Shown: piece by piece, positions 56,101 through 64,000 of the stretch
Position numbering within the stretch: the stretch's first letter is position 1
How the letters are laid out: each line of letters opens with the position of its first letter
IMG/VR virus record: IMGVR_UViG_3300032050_000002
DNA length: 64,000 nucleotides
Reading direction: 5' to 3' (one strand)
Source of the DNA: a virus
Taxonomy: Duplodnaviria; Caudoviricetes
Translations under genes and position numbers: made by a program
The notes under the pieces: generated by a model
Told to the model about the DNA's origin: nothing
What the model saw: only the letters and a program-made list of their open reading frames with translations
The model's database searches: none

Positions 56101-58764
56101 AGACCAATTAAAATTAAAAGGTGAATTACCTAACGGAGTTAAATCTATACTACCATTATTACCACCATTACAACTAACATTAACACTTGTTGTTGATAAT
56201 ATAGAAGGAAATCTAACAGTCCAAGAAGTTAATACATCATAAGCATTGTTAGAACATCCAATACCTGTAGAACAATCACCTCTGCGACCTCTTATTTGAA
56301 CTACACTTCCGGCGGTTAGTGATGTTGTAGATATTAAAGTTCCTGGAGTATAACTTTGCCAAGATGTACCATTAATAGTGTATTGAAATATATCTGAACA
56401 GTTTATACCATTACTACCCGAATTGAATGTCGCTGATACATCACTACCAACACAAACATTGTTTGAGTTGGGTGTTTTAGTATTTAAAGTTGGATTAATT
56501 GGGTCAGGAATTACATTAACGGTATGAACGGGTGAGGTTCCTACACACCCTTTAGAATCTGTAACTACTACTCTATAATCTCTTGTTGATGTAGGTGTTG
56601 CGTTTATTGTTGTGGTTGTAACACTGTTTTGCCAAGTAGAGTTAAAAAATTGCCATTGATAAAAATAAGTTGGAAATCCCGATGTTACAGTTGAAGTTAT
56701 ATTATTAGTTCCCGAACCTCCAGCACATATCTGACTTGTGTAAGTGTTTAAGGTGACAGATGGGTTTGTTGCGGTAGTTAACGACACAGTATTTGAATTA
56801 ACAGATTGATTACAAGTATTTGTAATACTAACATAATAATTTCCTAATGTTGATGTAGAATAAGTCGATGAGTTAGCCCCTGATATTGGATTGTTATTTA
56901 AAAACCATTGATAAGTAAAAGGTTGTCTAACTCCTGATGCGGTAACTGAAAAAGTTACTTGTGATGTACAAGTTGTTTCATTAATAGGTTGTGTAGTTAT
57001 TGTTGGCGGTGAAGAAGTGTAATTAACTGATAATTGAAATGTTCCTCTTGCATTACTATAACCTGTAACCATCACATAATATTCTGTTAAATCTGTTGTT
57101 GCAAATGTAACTTCAGAACGAGTACTACAAAAATCATCACTATAGGTTAAACAAGTAAGTGCTCCACAAGTTCCTGTATATACAAATAATTTAGTATCAA
57201 AAGAAGTTCCTGTACATAAACTTAATGTTACATTTTGTCCGTTACCAATAACCTTATACCAAACCCCTGGTGCAGTCCAAGTCTCAGAGCCACCGTTATA
57301 ACAACTTGGTGAATCACCTGTTTGAGTCGCATTTTGAGTACTACCATTGAAAGTTGTATTACAAGAGGTGATAATCGCTCCTGAACATTCATCATTTGAA
57401 GGTGGTGGAATTGTACACTGAACACTTCTTGTTCTTATTGTTACTGATTCTCCACATGAGTTATTTGTATGAGTATAAAATCTCACAGTTTCGTTTGAAC
57501 TTGGTGTATAAACAACTGGTGTTGTCCCGTAAACTAAAACTGTTGTTCCTCCATTATTACTAATAGTTATAAAATCTGTTAACACCGAACTTCTAAATGT
57601 ATATTGAATTCCTCCTGTTAAACTAACCACTGAGTATTCACCCGCGTAACCACCTGTTGTAATATTTTCTTGAGTTCCTGAACAAGTTGGTGTGTATGTT
57701 GATGTCGGCCATTGACCATTTGAAGCGGTTAGACATCCAGGACCTGAAGTTGTAAATGTCCATACCGAACATCCTATAGCATTACCTGCAGAATTCTTTG
57801 GGATTATTTGCCAATAATATTGTGTGTTATAACTTAATGTTGATGGAGTATATGTTGTTCCAACTTGGTTAACAACAAAAGGTGGAGACGAATTTGACCC
57901 AAAATAAACATCATAACTTGTTGCACCAGATACCGCTCCCCAAGTTAAAGTAGGTCCTATAAATACACCCGTTTGATTATTTGTTGGCGATGTTAAAGTT
58001 GCACAAATAGGAACCGCTTGATAAGTTAATATAACTCTACCCGCAGCACCTCCACCACCAGCTCTACCTGTTGTATTATTTTTATACGCACCGCCACCTC
58101 CACCACCTGGAGATACACCTGACGAACCTGCTCCACCTGAAGAGTGACCACTACCACCATTACCTCCACCAGCAGGTGCGGTAGCTCCCGCAGTTCCCGT
58201 TGCATCAACACCGGCTAAAGTAGTTCCTGCTGATGAGCCCCCTCCTCCCGAAGTTACCCCACCAACTCTACCACTACCACCCCTACTTGATGTTCCTATA
58301 CACCCTGTTGTAGAACCAACTCCAGCAGTAGTTCCAACTGCACTTTGTCCGCCCTTAGCGACAACACCGTTAGTTGATACTGTAGGGGCAATGTTTGACA
58401 ATTTACTAACCCAAGTATCATTACCGTTAGATGCGTTACCTTGAACTCCAGCTCTTGCTGCTCCAACACTATAATAAATTGTTTGACCAGGTGTTACAGA
58501 TATTGTTGTTGTTGAACGAGAACCTCCCGCTCCGCCCGCAAATCCCCCTGTTCCTGATGTTGATTGTCCGGCACCAGCTCCACCACCACCCCAAGCATCA
58601 ATTTTAATTGAGTATACGTTAGCAGGGACAGTCCAAGTTCCTGATGATGTTCCAACATTTGCTCCTGAGGCGGGCATTGTTTGAGAAAAATTTTTAAGAT
58701 TACATAAAATAAAAATAGATAAGAATAGGGTCTTAAAAAATGATGATAAAGTAAGAGGTTTCAT
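53197..58764 (-). CDS. 1855-aa adhesin-like T9SS cargo (Gly-rich, FnIII, SprB repeats, PKD-like, T9SS CTD)
   Basis: Signal peptide; CNGGNNGSIDL...WSNG.TTEDI..L..G.YSVTVTD..GC repeats; C-terminal VFPNP...DILGK...L.TGFY. Confidence 0.85.
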   Translation of the reverse strand: MKPLTLSSFFKTLFLSIFILCNLKNFSQTMPASGANVGTSSGTWTVPANVYSIKIDAWGGGGAGAGQSTSGTGGFAGGAGGSRSTTTISVTPGQTIYYSVGAARAGVQGNASNGNDTWVSKLSNIAPTVSTNGVVAKGGQSAVGTTAGVGSTTGCIGTSSRGGSGRVGGVTSGGGGSSAGTTLAGVDATGTAGATAPAGGGNGGSGHSSGGAGSSGVSPGGGGGGAYKNNTTGRAGGGGAAGRVILTYQAVPICATLTSPTNNQTGVFIGPTLTWGAVSGATSYDVYFGSNSSPPFVVNQVGTTYTPSTLSYNTQYYWQIIPKNSAGNAIGCSVWTFTTSGPGCLTASNGQWPTSTYTPTCSGTQENITTGGYAGEYSVVSLTGGIQYTFRSSVLTDFITISNNGGTTVLVYGTTPVVYTPSSNETVRFYTHTNNSCGESVTIRTRSVQCTIPPPSNDECSGAIITSCNTTFNGSTQNATQTGDSPSCYNGGSETWTAPGVWYKVIGNGQNVTLSLCTGTSFDTKLFVYTGTCGALTCLTYSDDFCSTRSEVTFATTDLTEYYVMVTGYSNARGTFQLSVNYTSSPPTITTQPINETTCTSQVTFSVTASGVRQPFTYQWFLNNNPISGANSSTYSTSTLGNYYVSITNTCNQSVNSNTVSLTTATNPSVTLNTYTSQICAGGSGTNNITSTVTSGFPTYFYQWQFFNSTWQNSVTTTTINATPTSTRDYRVVVTDSKGCVGTSPVHTVNVIPDPINPTLNTKTPNSNNVCVGSDVSATFNSGSNGINCSDIFQYTINGTSWQSYTPGTLISTTSLTAGSVVQIRGRRGDCSTGIGCSNNAYDVLTSWTVRFPSILSTTSVNVSCNGGNNGSIDLTPLGNSPFNFNWSNGGTTEDISNLTSGDYSVTVTDFYGCTSTTSITITQPTLLASTSTSFNPSCFGQPGGSINLTPSGGTSPYTYLWSNGQTTEDIFSLVANTYSVTVTDSKGCQTTRTVTITQPTQLTTIVTTTNVNCYGGNNGSASVTASGGTLPYLYMWNTGNTQSSISNLTSGNYQITVTDNKGCTKITYINISQPSEISISLDITTYPNCGSNNGVVSSSVIGGTPPFTYSWSNGQTTQNLTGVASGNYTLTVTDSKGCQSVSPMTLGCTSAIINVGQIEGPTSICGLSSGSYTIDYSNASPESITWILPNGITSTNGLSNPTINVNFSSGFVQDSIEVDVVSNGITYHRSIWVTKLPNKPIVSGSFCGEPTGSIKSYIVTNSQPNMTYNWVVPYGVNIYSGQGNDTVQFKVSIMLVSGSGGSVTATNSCGSSTTQFTIDRLVVRPTSILGPTTVCADGNTIYTYRVDSVPTSFMYIWNVPNGVSIIGSSSNDTLKVKFSTNFTSGQFSVMSVNKCGSSPMTYGTVSNNNLYANIGTITGPGDLCPYLGQSVTYSVTNQSGTFTWTVPTNMTIQSGQGTNSINVLVSNSFSSGTISVNLNNGCGGSISSNRTLSTTTSTISASAISGVRSVCSLVGTNTPATFSVSPISGVNYLWTVPANSTIISGQGTNSINVTFQNGFTGGNIQVVITGGCGNPITRIRTVDLGLPSVSISGVNCVDNGFTNTYSVSTTGALSFNWTVPGNAQIVRGQGTNSIDVFFPSNFESTSCINNSCDSIRLATQFACGSVLSKKKVGLLTVRPTVTGTSSVCFPDTIRLVASTSPRITSYIWNNSNGTQFIGSTTGNSVMAKTSSSFMGGTFSVMGVNTCGSSPMAYFGVTKVCNTSKTVGFGEIDNKDFEFIVFPNPGNGLLQIRIFHNESEKFNLVVSDILGKVYLTKNINSEDEVDLRFLNTGFYQITIYDENKKYLTTLFSKID

Positions 58765-59052
58765 CTTCTTGTTTTTTTGATACCTCCTAAGAGGTGGTTA
58801 TTAATAACACGTCATATATTTATAAATATAAAGAAATTATACAATTTTGAAAAAACTATTGTTGTTTAATTAAAGTTTAAATCTTATATTTTTAATAAAA
58901 AAAATGAAAGAAATTACAATACTAAAAAAAGTCGAGAACTACTACGTTGTTCAATCTCTTGATGGAGAAACTCATGTTATTGATGAAGAAACTTTAAAAA
59001 AGTTAATATCTTATGGTAAAGTTTTTAACCATGAAGATTATATTTATGATTA

Positions 59053-59442
59053 ATGAAAGTAACGGTAAAACATATAAAATCAAAAATAGATAAACGGAAT
59101 TATAATATAATAGATAAGTTTATTCATTTTTTACAAGAACAATATTCATTAAATAATGATGTTGTTATTAATTTTGTTGGGGAAAGAATTGGTAAAATGA
59201 CCACCGGGTCAAGAAGAAAAGACAGTAATATTTTTGTATTAACTAAAAAAAGAATTATTAGAGATATATTAAGAACATTGGCTCATGAATGGGTTCACGA
59301 ATATCAAATGAATGTATTAAATAGAGAAAGAGGTCCTGATATTGGTGGTGAAAATGAAGACATGGCGAACGCCGAGGCGGGTGCATTGATGAAAAAATTT
59401 GAAAAAAGAAATCCTGATATTGAAGAAAAGATGTATGAATAA
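59053..59442 (+). CDS. HExxH zincin-like protein
   Basis: LRTLAHEWVHEYQ...EDMANAEAG. Confidence 0.6.
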   Translation: MKVTVKHIKSKIDKRNYNIIDKFIHFLQEQYSLNNDVVINFVGERIGKMTTGSRRKDSNIFVLTKKRIIRDILRTLAHEWVHEYQMNVLNRERGPDIGGENEDMANAEAGALMKKFEKRNPDIEEKMYE

Positions 59443-59466
59443 CATACATCTTTCTTTATTTCTTTC

Positions 59467-59892
59467 TTAGTCAACAGATACTATTTCTAAATCAAATATT
59501 AGTTTTTTACCAGCCAATGGATGATTTGCATCAACAACAACACTATCTTCTTTTATTTCAGTCACTCTAACTACAATAGGTCCTTGAGGACCGTGTCCTT
59601 CTAAACTGTCACCAATACTACAATTTTCAGGAACTTGGTCTTTAGGAATTTCAGCCGTCATATCTGAAATATGGTGACCATAAGCGTCCCCTGGTTCAAT
59701 CTCAATAGTTTTTTTTTCTCCTTCGGACATTTCTAAAAGACCGTTTTCAAATCCTTTAATTAATTGACCTTCACCTAAAACGGCGACCAAAGGTTCTCTA
59801 CCAGGATTTAAAGATGAATCAAAAATAGTTCCATCTTCTAGTTTTCCTGTGTAATTTACTTTAACAGTACTTTTGTTTGTTACTTTTTTCAT
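59467..59892 (-). CDS. FKBP-type peptidyl-prolyl isomerase (SlyD/SlpA type)
   Basis: YTGKLEDGTIFDSS, LIKGFE.GL..M, AYG, VVDANHPLAGK.L.F. Confidence 0.9.
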   Translation of the reverse strand: MKKVTNKSTVKVNYTGKLEDGTIFDSSLNPGREPLVAVLGEGQLIKGFENGLLEMSEGEKKTIEIEPGDAYGHHISDMTAEIPKDQVPENCSIGDSLEGHGPQGPIVVRVTEIKEDSVVVDANHPLAGKKLIFDLEIVSVD

Positions 59893-61465
59893 AATATTAA
59901 TTTTTATAATTATAAGTAATAAAATTTAACAATCAAATAATTTTTTATTAAAAATAATTTAATAACTTTGTGGTATAATATTTATAATAACCCAATCTTA
60001 ATAATCATGTCAAACGAAGAAATTTTAGAAGAAATCTATGGAATGGCTCATAAATTTGGAGTATTTAATGAGTTTATAACTGAAGTAAATAGGTTGTTGA
60101 AAACAACAAAAGAAACAATTTATGAAATTGCAAATAAAGTTTATTATGAATTTATAAAAAAAGGTTTAATTATTGAGGTTTGTCCTGTATAATATCCAAT
60201 CTAGTTAATAGTAGTGGCTTATAATCTTTAAGACCTGTGTATATCCAAGATTCTTCAATTATATAATTGATACCGTCTAATTGTGTTTCTTGGAATAGAG
60301 ATAAATCAGCAACATATAATACACAATCTATTATATAGTTTTTTTTATTGGTTGAGTAAGTTACGTGATTAATCTTAACTTGAGTTCCTTCTCCGTATAA
60401 TAATTCAAGTTCTTTTTTATAAAGTTTATCAATTATAAGGGATAACGGTTTTTTCATTTTTATAAATATATGGTAAAAAAATTTAAATATAAATTGTAAT
60501 ATTTATTGGTATGAGATTAATAATCACTGAACAAGATAAAGAAAAAATACTTGATAAGTATAAGGATAATACTGATAATGAACTTTTTAATAAATTAAAA
60601 AGAAGATATAGAATAATTCCTAAACAAACTATAGAAACACCTTTCGGACCTCATGAAGTTGATACCTCAATAGTATATGAAGATGGTGATAGAGTTGCGG
60701 AAATAAAAAATAGAAAATCTGAACTAATTAATAAAATTTATAATGAAGTTGTAGATGACTTATATTATGGTGAAAATTTAGACCGAGATAAAATAGGGAT
60801 TATACGAAGAACTATTAAAAGATATTTAGACCAAGCACCTTTTATCGAACCAATTAAATAATATTGACTTAATAAAATTATTTTTATATAATTTTTTAAA
60901 AAACAATATGATACTAACAATTATTTTAGCAATTTTAACTATTTCAATCATTACCGCATTGATTATGATGTATTTGTGGTGGAAAAAATATGGGAAAGAA
61001 TTATTTAAAATGATTCTCAATCAAAACGATATAAATTTAGGAAATCCTTTTGGAGACACTAAAAATATGTTTAAAGAGTTAAATAAAACAATGGGAATAA
61101 TTAACGAAATTAGTAATAAAAATCACAAAAATGGAAAATGATTTTAGTTGGATTATTAGAATTTTAGCCTCATCCAAAAATTTACAACACATTAAAGTTT
61201 CTGAAAAACTTTTTGAAAATTTTAAGAAAAAGTGGTCAGAGTTTATTGAGGATAGTGTTAACGATATTGTCTATACAAGACAATTTAATGAAAAAAAACG
61301 TAATATACAAAAAAAATTGGGTTTTTCATAATAAAAACTTAAATTTTTTTAAATTTATATTATATTTATTATTACTATCACTCATCAGGGTGTCAACATA
61401 TAATAATGGGGAAACTTTTTTTAGTTTCCCTTTTTTATTTTAAAAAAACTTTGTATCTTTGTCGT

Positions 61466-62062
61466 ATGAAAGAGGAAAAATTAAATATCTTTAAAAAAAT
61501 AGGTCTTTGGTGGAAGTTTGAAGGACAATACTATCATAAGGACTTTATAAATGGAGTGAAAAACTTATGGAAATGGTTTCCAACTATTTGGAAAGATAGG
61601 GATTGGGATGATAGTTTTATATTTGATATTTTAACAAAAAAACTAAAAAATCAAGCGGATTATATCGGTAAAAAAGATAGGCATACACGAGCAAAACGAG
61701 ATGCGGAAGTTATGATGACTTGCGTTAGATTATTGGAAAAAGTAAAAACTGAAGAATACGGAATTGAGCACTTTGATTACGAAAAATCTGATTGGGATTT
61801 TGTTCCTTGTGAAGACCATCCGGGTTACTCAACATTAGAGGTTAATAGAATCTCAGAAAACTTTGATGATTACTTCAAAAAATATCCAAGACAATATAAA
61901 CGAGTTATGAATGGTGAGATTAATAGATTTAATCGTGATATTACCGAATTAACAAATGACAAACATAATATTGCTATGGAGATTGCCCACGAAAATCACG
62001 AAAGAGCTAGAAAATTGGTTTTCAAGATGTTAGAACAAAACATTGAAAAATGGTGGGATTGA
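61466..62062 (+). CDS. Hypothetical phage protein (true start 61466)
   Basis: ATG 4 nt after TATCTTTG 61454-61461. Confidence 0.6.
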   Translation: MKEEKLNIFKKIGLWWKFEGQYYHKDFINGVKNLWKWFPTIWKDRDWDDSFIFDILTKKLKNQADYIGKKDRHTRAKRDAEVMMTCVRLLEKVKTEEYGIEHFDYEKSDWDFVPCEDHPGYSTLEVNRISENFDDYFKKYPRQYKRVMNGEINRFNRDITELTNDKHNIAMEIAHENHERARKLVFKMLEQNIEKWWD

Positions 62063-62098
62063 TTTGGTGAATCGAAATAAAATTCGTATCTTTGTATT

Positions 62099-62782
62099 AT
62101 GAAAATTACGTTAATAAGTGATACTCACACCAAACATAATGAAATTACCAATGACTTAATTGGGGGTGATTTAATTATACACGCAGGTGACCTTAGTAAT
62201 ATGGGTTATCTTAATGAAATTAGAGACTTTTTTAAGTGGTTTAAGAAATTACCTTATGATGAAAAAGTCTTTATTTGTGGTAATCACGATTTTGGATTTC
62301 AAGATTATCCTGTTGAGATTGAAATGATGTTAAATGAACACCCTGAAATTGATTATTTACAAGATAATATGTATGTTATCGGAGATGATTATCAAAGTGG
62401 TATTAAAATTTGGGGTAGTCCTTGGCAACCAAGATTTTATGATTGGGCGTTTAATGCTGACAGAGGTGATGATATAAAACAACATTGGGATAAAATACCA
62501 AACGATATTGATATATTGGTAACTCACGGACCTGCCTTTGGTCATTTAGATAAAATATTAGGTCAAAGTAATTCTTTAGGTTGTGAGGAATTAACCAAAG
62601 CAATTGAGAGAATTAAACCTAAAATTCATATCTGTGGTCATATTCATAGTGGGTATGGTTACAAGTTTGATGGAACAACTCATTATTTTAATGCGGCGGT
62701 TTTAGGTGAAAGATACACATATCAAAATAAACCATTTCATTTTGATTGGAATCCTGAAACAAATGAAGTAACCTTCATATAA
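62099..62782 (+). CDS. Calcineurin-like metallophosphoesterase (paralogue of 3765..4442)
   Basis: ISDTH, HAGD, CGNHD, VTHGP, CGHIH; TTTG(62063)-N20-TATCTTTG(62087). Confidence 0.9.
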   Translation: MKITLISDTHTKHNEITNDLIGGDLIIHAGDLSNMGYLNEIRDFFKWFKKLPYDEKVFICGNHDFGFQDYPVEIEMMLNEHPEIDYLQDNMYVIGDDYQSGIKIWGSPWQPRFYDWAFNADRGDDIKQHWDKIPNDIDILVTHGPAFGHLDKILGQSNSLGCEELTKAIERIKPKIHICGHIHSGYGYKFDGTTHYFNAAVLGERYTYQNKPFHFDWNPETNEVTFI

Positions 62783-62784
62783 AT

Positions 62785-62811
62785 AAAAAACCCCTCAACG
62801 AGGGGTTTTTT
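62785..62811. terminator. Bidirectional intrinsic terminator between convergent genes
   Basis: AAAAAACCCCTC-aac-GAGGGGTTTTTT. Confidence 0.8.
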
Positions 62812-62812
62812 A

Positions 62813-63415
62813 TTAACTATTTAACGATTGATAAAAATGTTTAAAGTGTTTAATTCTGTCGGCAAGACCTAATGTACCTCCATTAACTCTTTTAGTTACC
62901 GCAGTTACGGTTGCATCATCCGCCCCCTTATCACAAATTTCCCATAACTTATTATTGTTAAAGAAAAATGCGGCTGAAGCCAAAGGATATTTTGTTGAGA
63001 CCAAATCAGGATTTACAACACAATCTTCTCCGATAAATTTAGTAAAGTTAGTGTAGTTACTTTTTCCGGTTAACTGAATATAACCTCTACCTCTAAATTT
63101 ATACCCTTCTTTAGTTGTTTCATCACCATTCCCCATTCTACTACCATAAACTCTTGACGCAATTTTTTCAGGATTTTTTGCATAAGATTCCGCCAAGTTA
63201 CCGGGAAAATACTTTGGGAAGACTTTCATAAGTCCGTCCTTAGAATAGTTTAGGTTTTCATTAACGGCCTTAAAATTACCCGATTCGTGGGCACATTGAG
63301 CCAAAAAATGAGCCAATCTTAAATTAGATGTAATGTTAAATTTTGACGCCGTATCAGGGATTTGAGATAATACATTGTCAGGTACATGACCTTTTAATTT
63401 TTCTACGTTTATCAT
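62813..63415 (-). CDS. Glycoside hydrolase family 19 endolysin
   Basis: LAHFLAQCAHES, FRGRGYIQLTG..NY, TKRVNGG..GL.DR. Confidence 0.85.
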   Translation of the reverse strand: MINVEKLKGHVPDNVLSQIPDTASKFNITSNLRLAHFLAQCAHESGNFKAVNENLNYSKDGLMKVFPKYFPGNLAESYAKNPEKIASRVYGSRMGNGDETTKEGYKFRGRGYIQLTGKSNYTNFTKFIGEDCVVNPDLVSTKYPLASAAFFFNNNKLWEICDKGADDATVTAVTKRVNGGTLGLADRIKHFKHFYQSLNS

Positions 63416-63490
63416 ATTTTAAAAGTTTTTATTATAATAAATATGTCAAAAATGTAAATGGTTTTTTAAAAATAAAACTATTTATTAAGT

Positions 63491-64000
63491 ATGAATTATA
63501 AATTTAAAACTTATTTACTCCCTTCAATTATTATCATGTCTGTTTTTTTTATTCTTAAAACAATGATAATAATTGGTTATATTGAATCAACTCAAATTAC
63601 TAAAGTTGTTGAATATCTTTGTATAATACTATTTATACCATTATTTTATTTTTTGATGAAATCACAAAACGATGAATTAAAAAGTAATTTATTAAAGAAA
63701 ATAAAAGATGATGAGGGGTTTATTGATGCTGCTGCGATTATTTCAGTAGCGGATAAAAATGGTAAAATTACATACGTTAATAAAAAATTTGAGGATGTGT
63801 CCGGATGGTCTTTGGATGAAGTAATTGGTAAAGACCATAATATTGTTAACTCAGGACGACAACCTAATGGTTATTGGGGTAAAATGTATCAGACGGTAAT
63901 GAAAGGTGAGATATGGAATGATGTTGTTACCAATAAATCAAAATCTGGTGAATTATATTACGTTGACACATATATTAAAGCGAAATTCGATAATAATGGT
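63491..64000 (+). CDS. Membrane-anchored PAS-domain sensor protein, runs off window (not in ORF track)
   Basis: Two TM segments, then ISVADKNGKITYVNKKFEDVSGWSLDEVIGKDHNIVNSG...W..M...GEIW...N.SKSGELYYV. Confidence 0.8.
   Translation, partial: MNYKFKTYLLPSIIIMSVFFILKTMIIIGYIESTQITKVVEYLCIILFIPLFYFLMKSQNDELKSNLLKKIKDDEGFIDAAAIISVADKNGKITYVNKKFEDVSGWSLDEVIGKDHNIVNSGRQPNGYWGKMYQTVMKGEIWNDVVTNKSKSGELYYVDTYIKAKFDNNG

Noticed and set aside
55300-56200. Repeated GGTTGAGT/TTGACC segments as a DNA repeat array
   Set aside because: Explained by SprB-type protein repeats with synonymous divergence.

Overview
64 kb of an AT-rich, densely coding large (jumbo-type) dsDNA phage genome, most likely infecting Bacteroidota. 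The evidence is about 10 copies of the Bacteroidota housekeeping promoter TTTG-N20-TAnnTTTG, two T9SS-type cargo genes, many short orphan ORFs, a GH19 endolysin, ThyA and an HNH endonuclease, with no rRNA or chromosomal housekeeping operons. No capsid, terminase, integrase or cas gene lies in the window. Recognisable genes: UvrC lacking the HhH tail, two metallophosphoesterases, a HAD protein, a split ThyA interrupted by HNH plus other ORFs, FKBP/SlyD, DoxX, an ABC 6-TM domain, GH19 lysin and a PAS sensor (truncated by the window). Structures the gene list does not explain: (1) an integron-like attC cassette array (4858-5932) in which one attC loop carries a promoter, start codon and 26-aa leader fused in frame to the next cassette; (2) five tRNA-like RNAs sharing one acceptor stem but with unrelated inserts replacing or expanding the anticodon arm (6841-7908), plus a sixth at 37.4 kb; (3) CRISPR-like 36-nt repeat/30-nt spacer arrays embedded in frame in the 3' ends of a paralogous gene family; (4) about 30 ORFs with an N-terminal (I/L)-x-E leader, many preceded by a TATTTAT motif 4-8 nt before the ATG. 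All calls come from reading the sequence by eye; no searches or folding were run.
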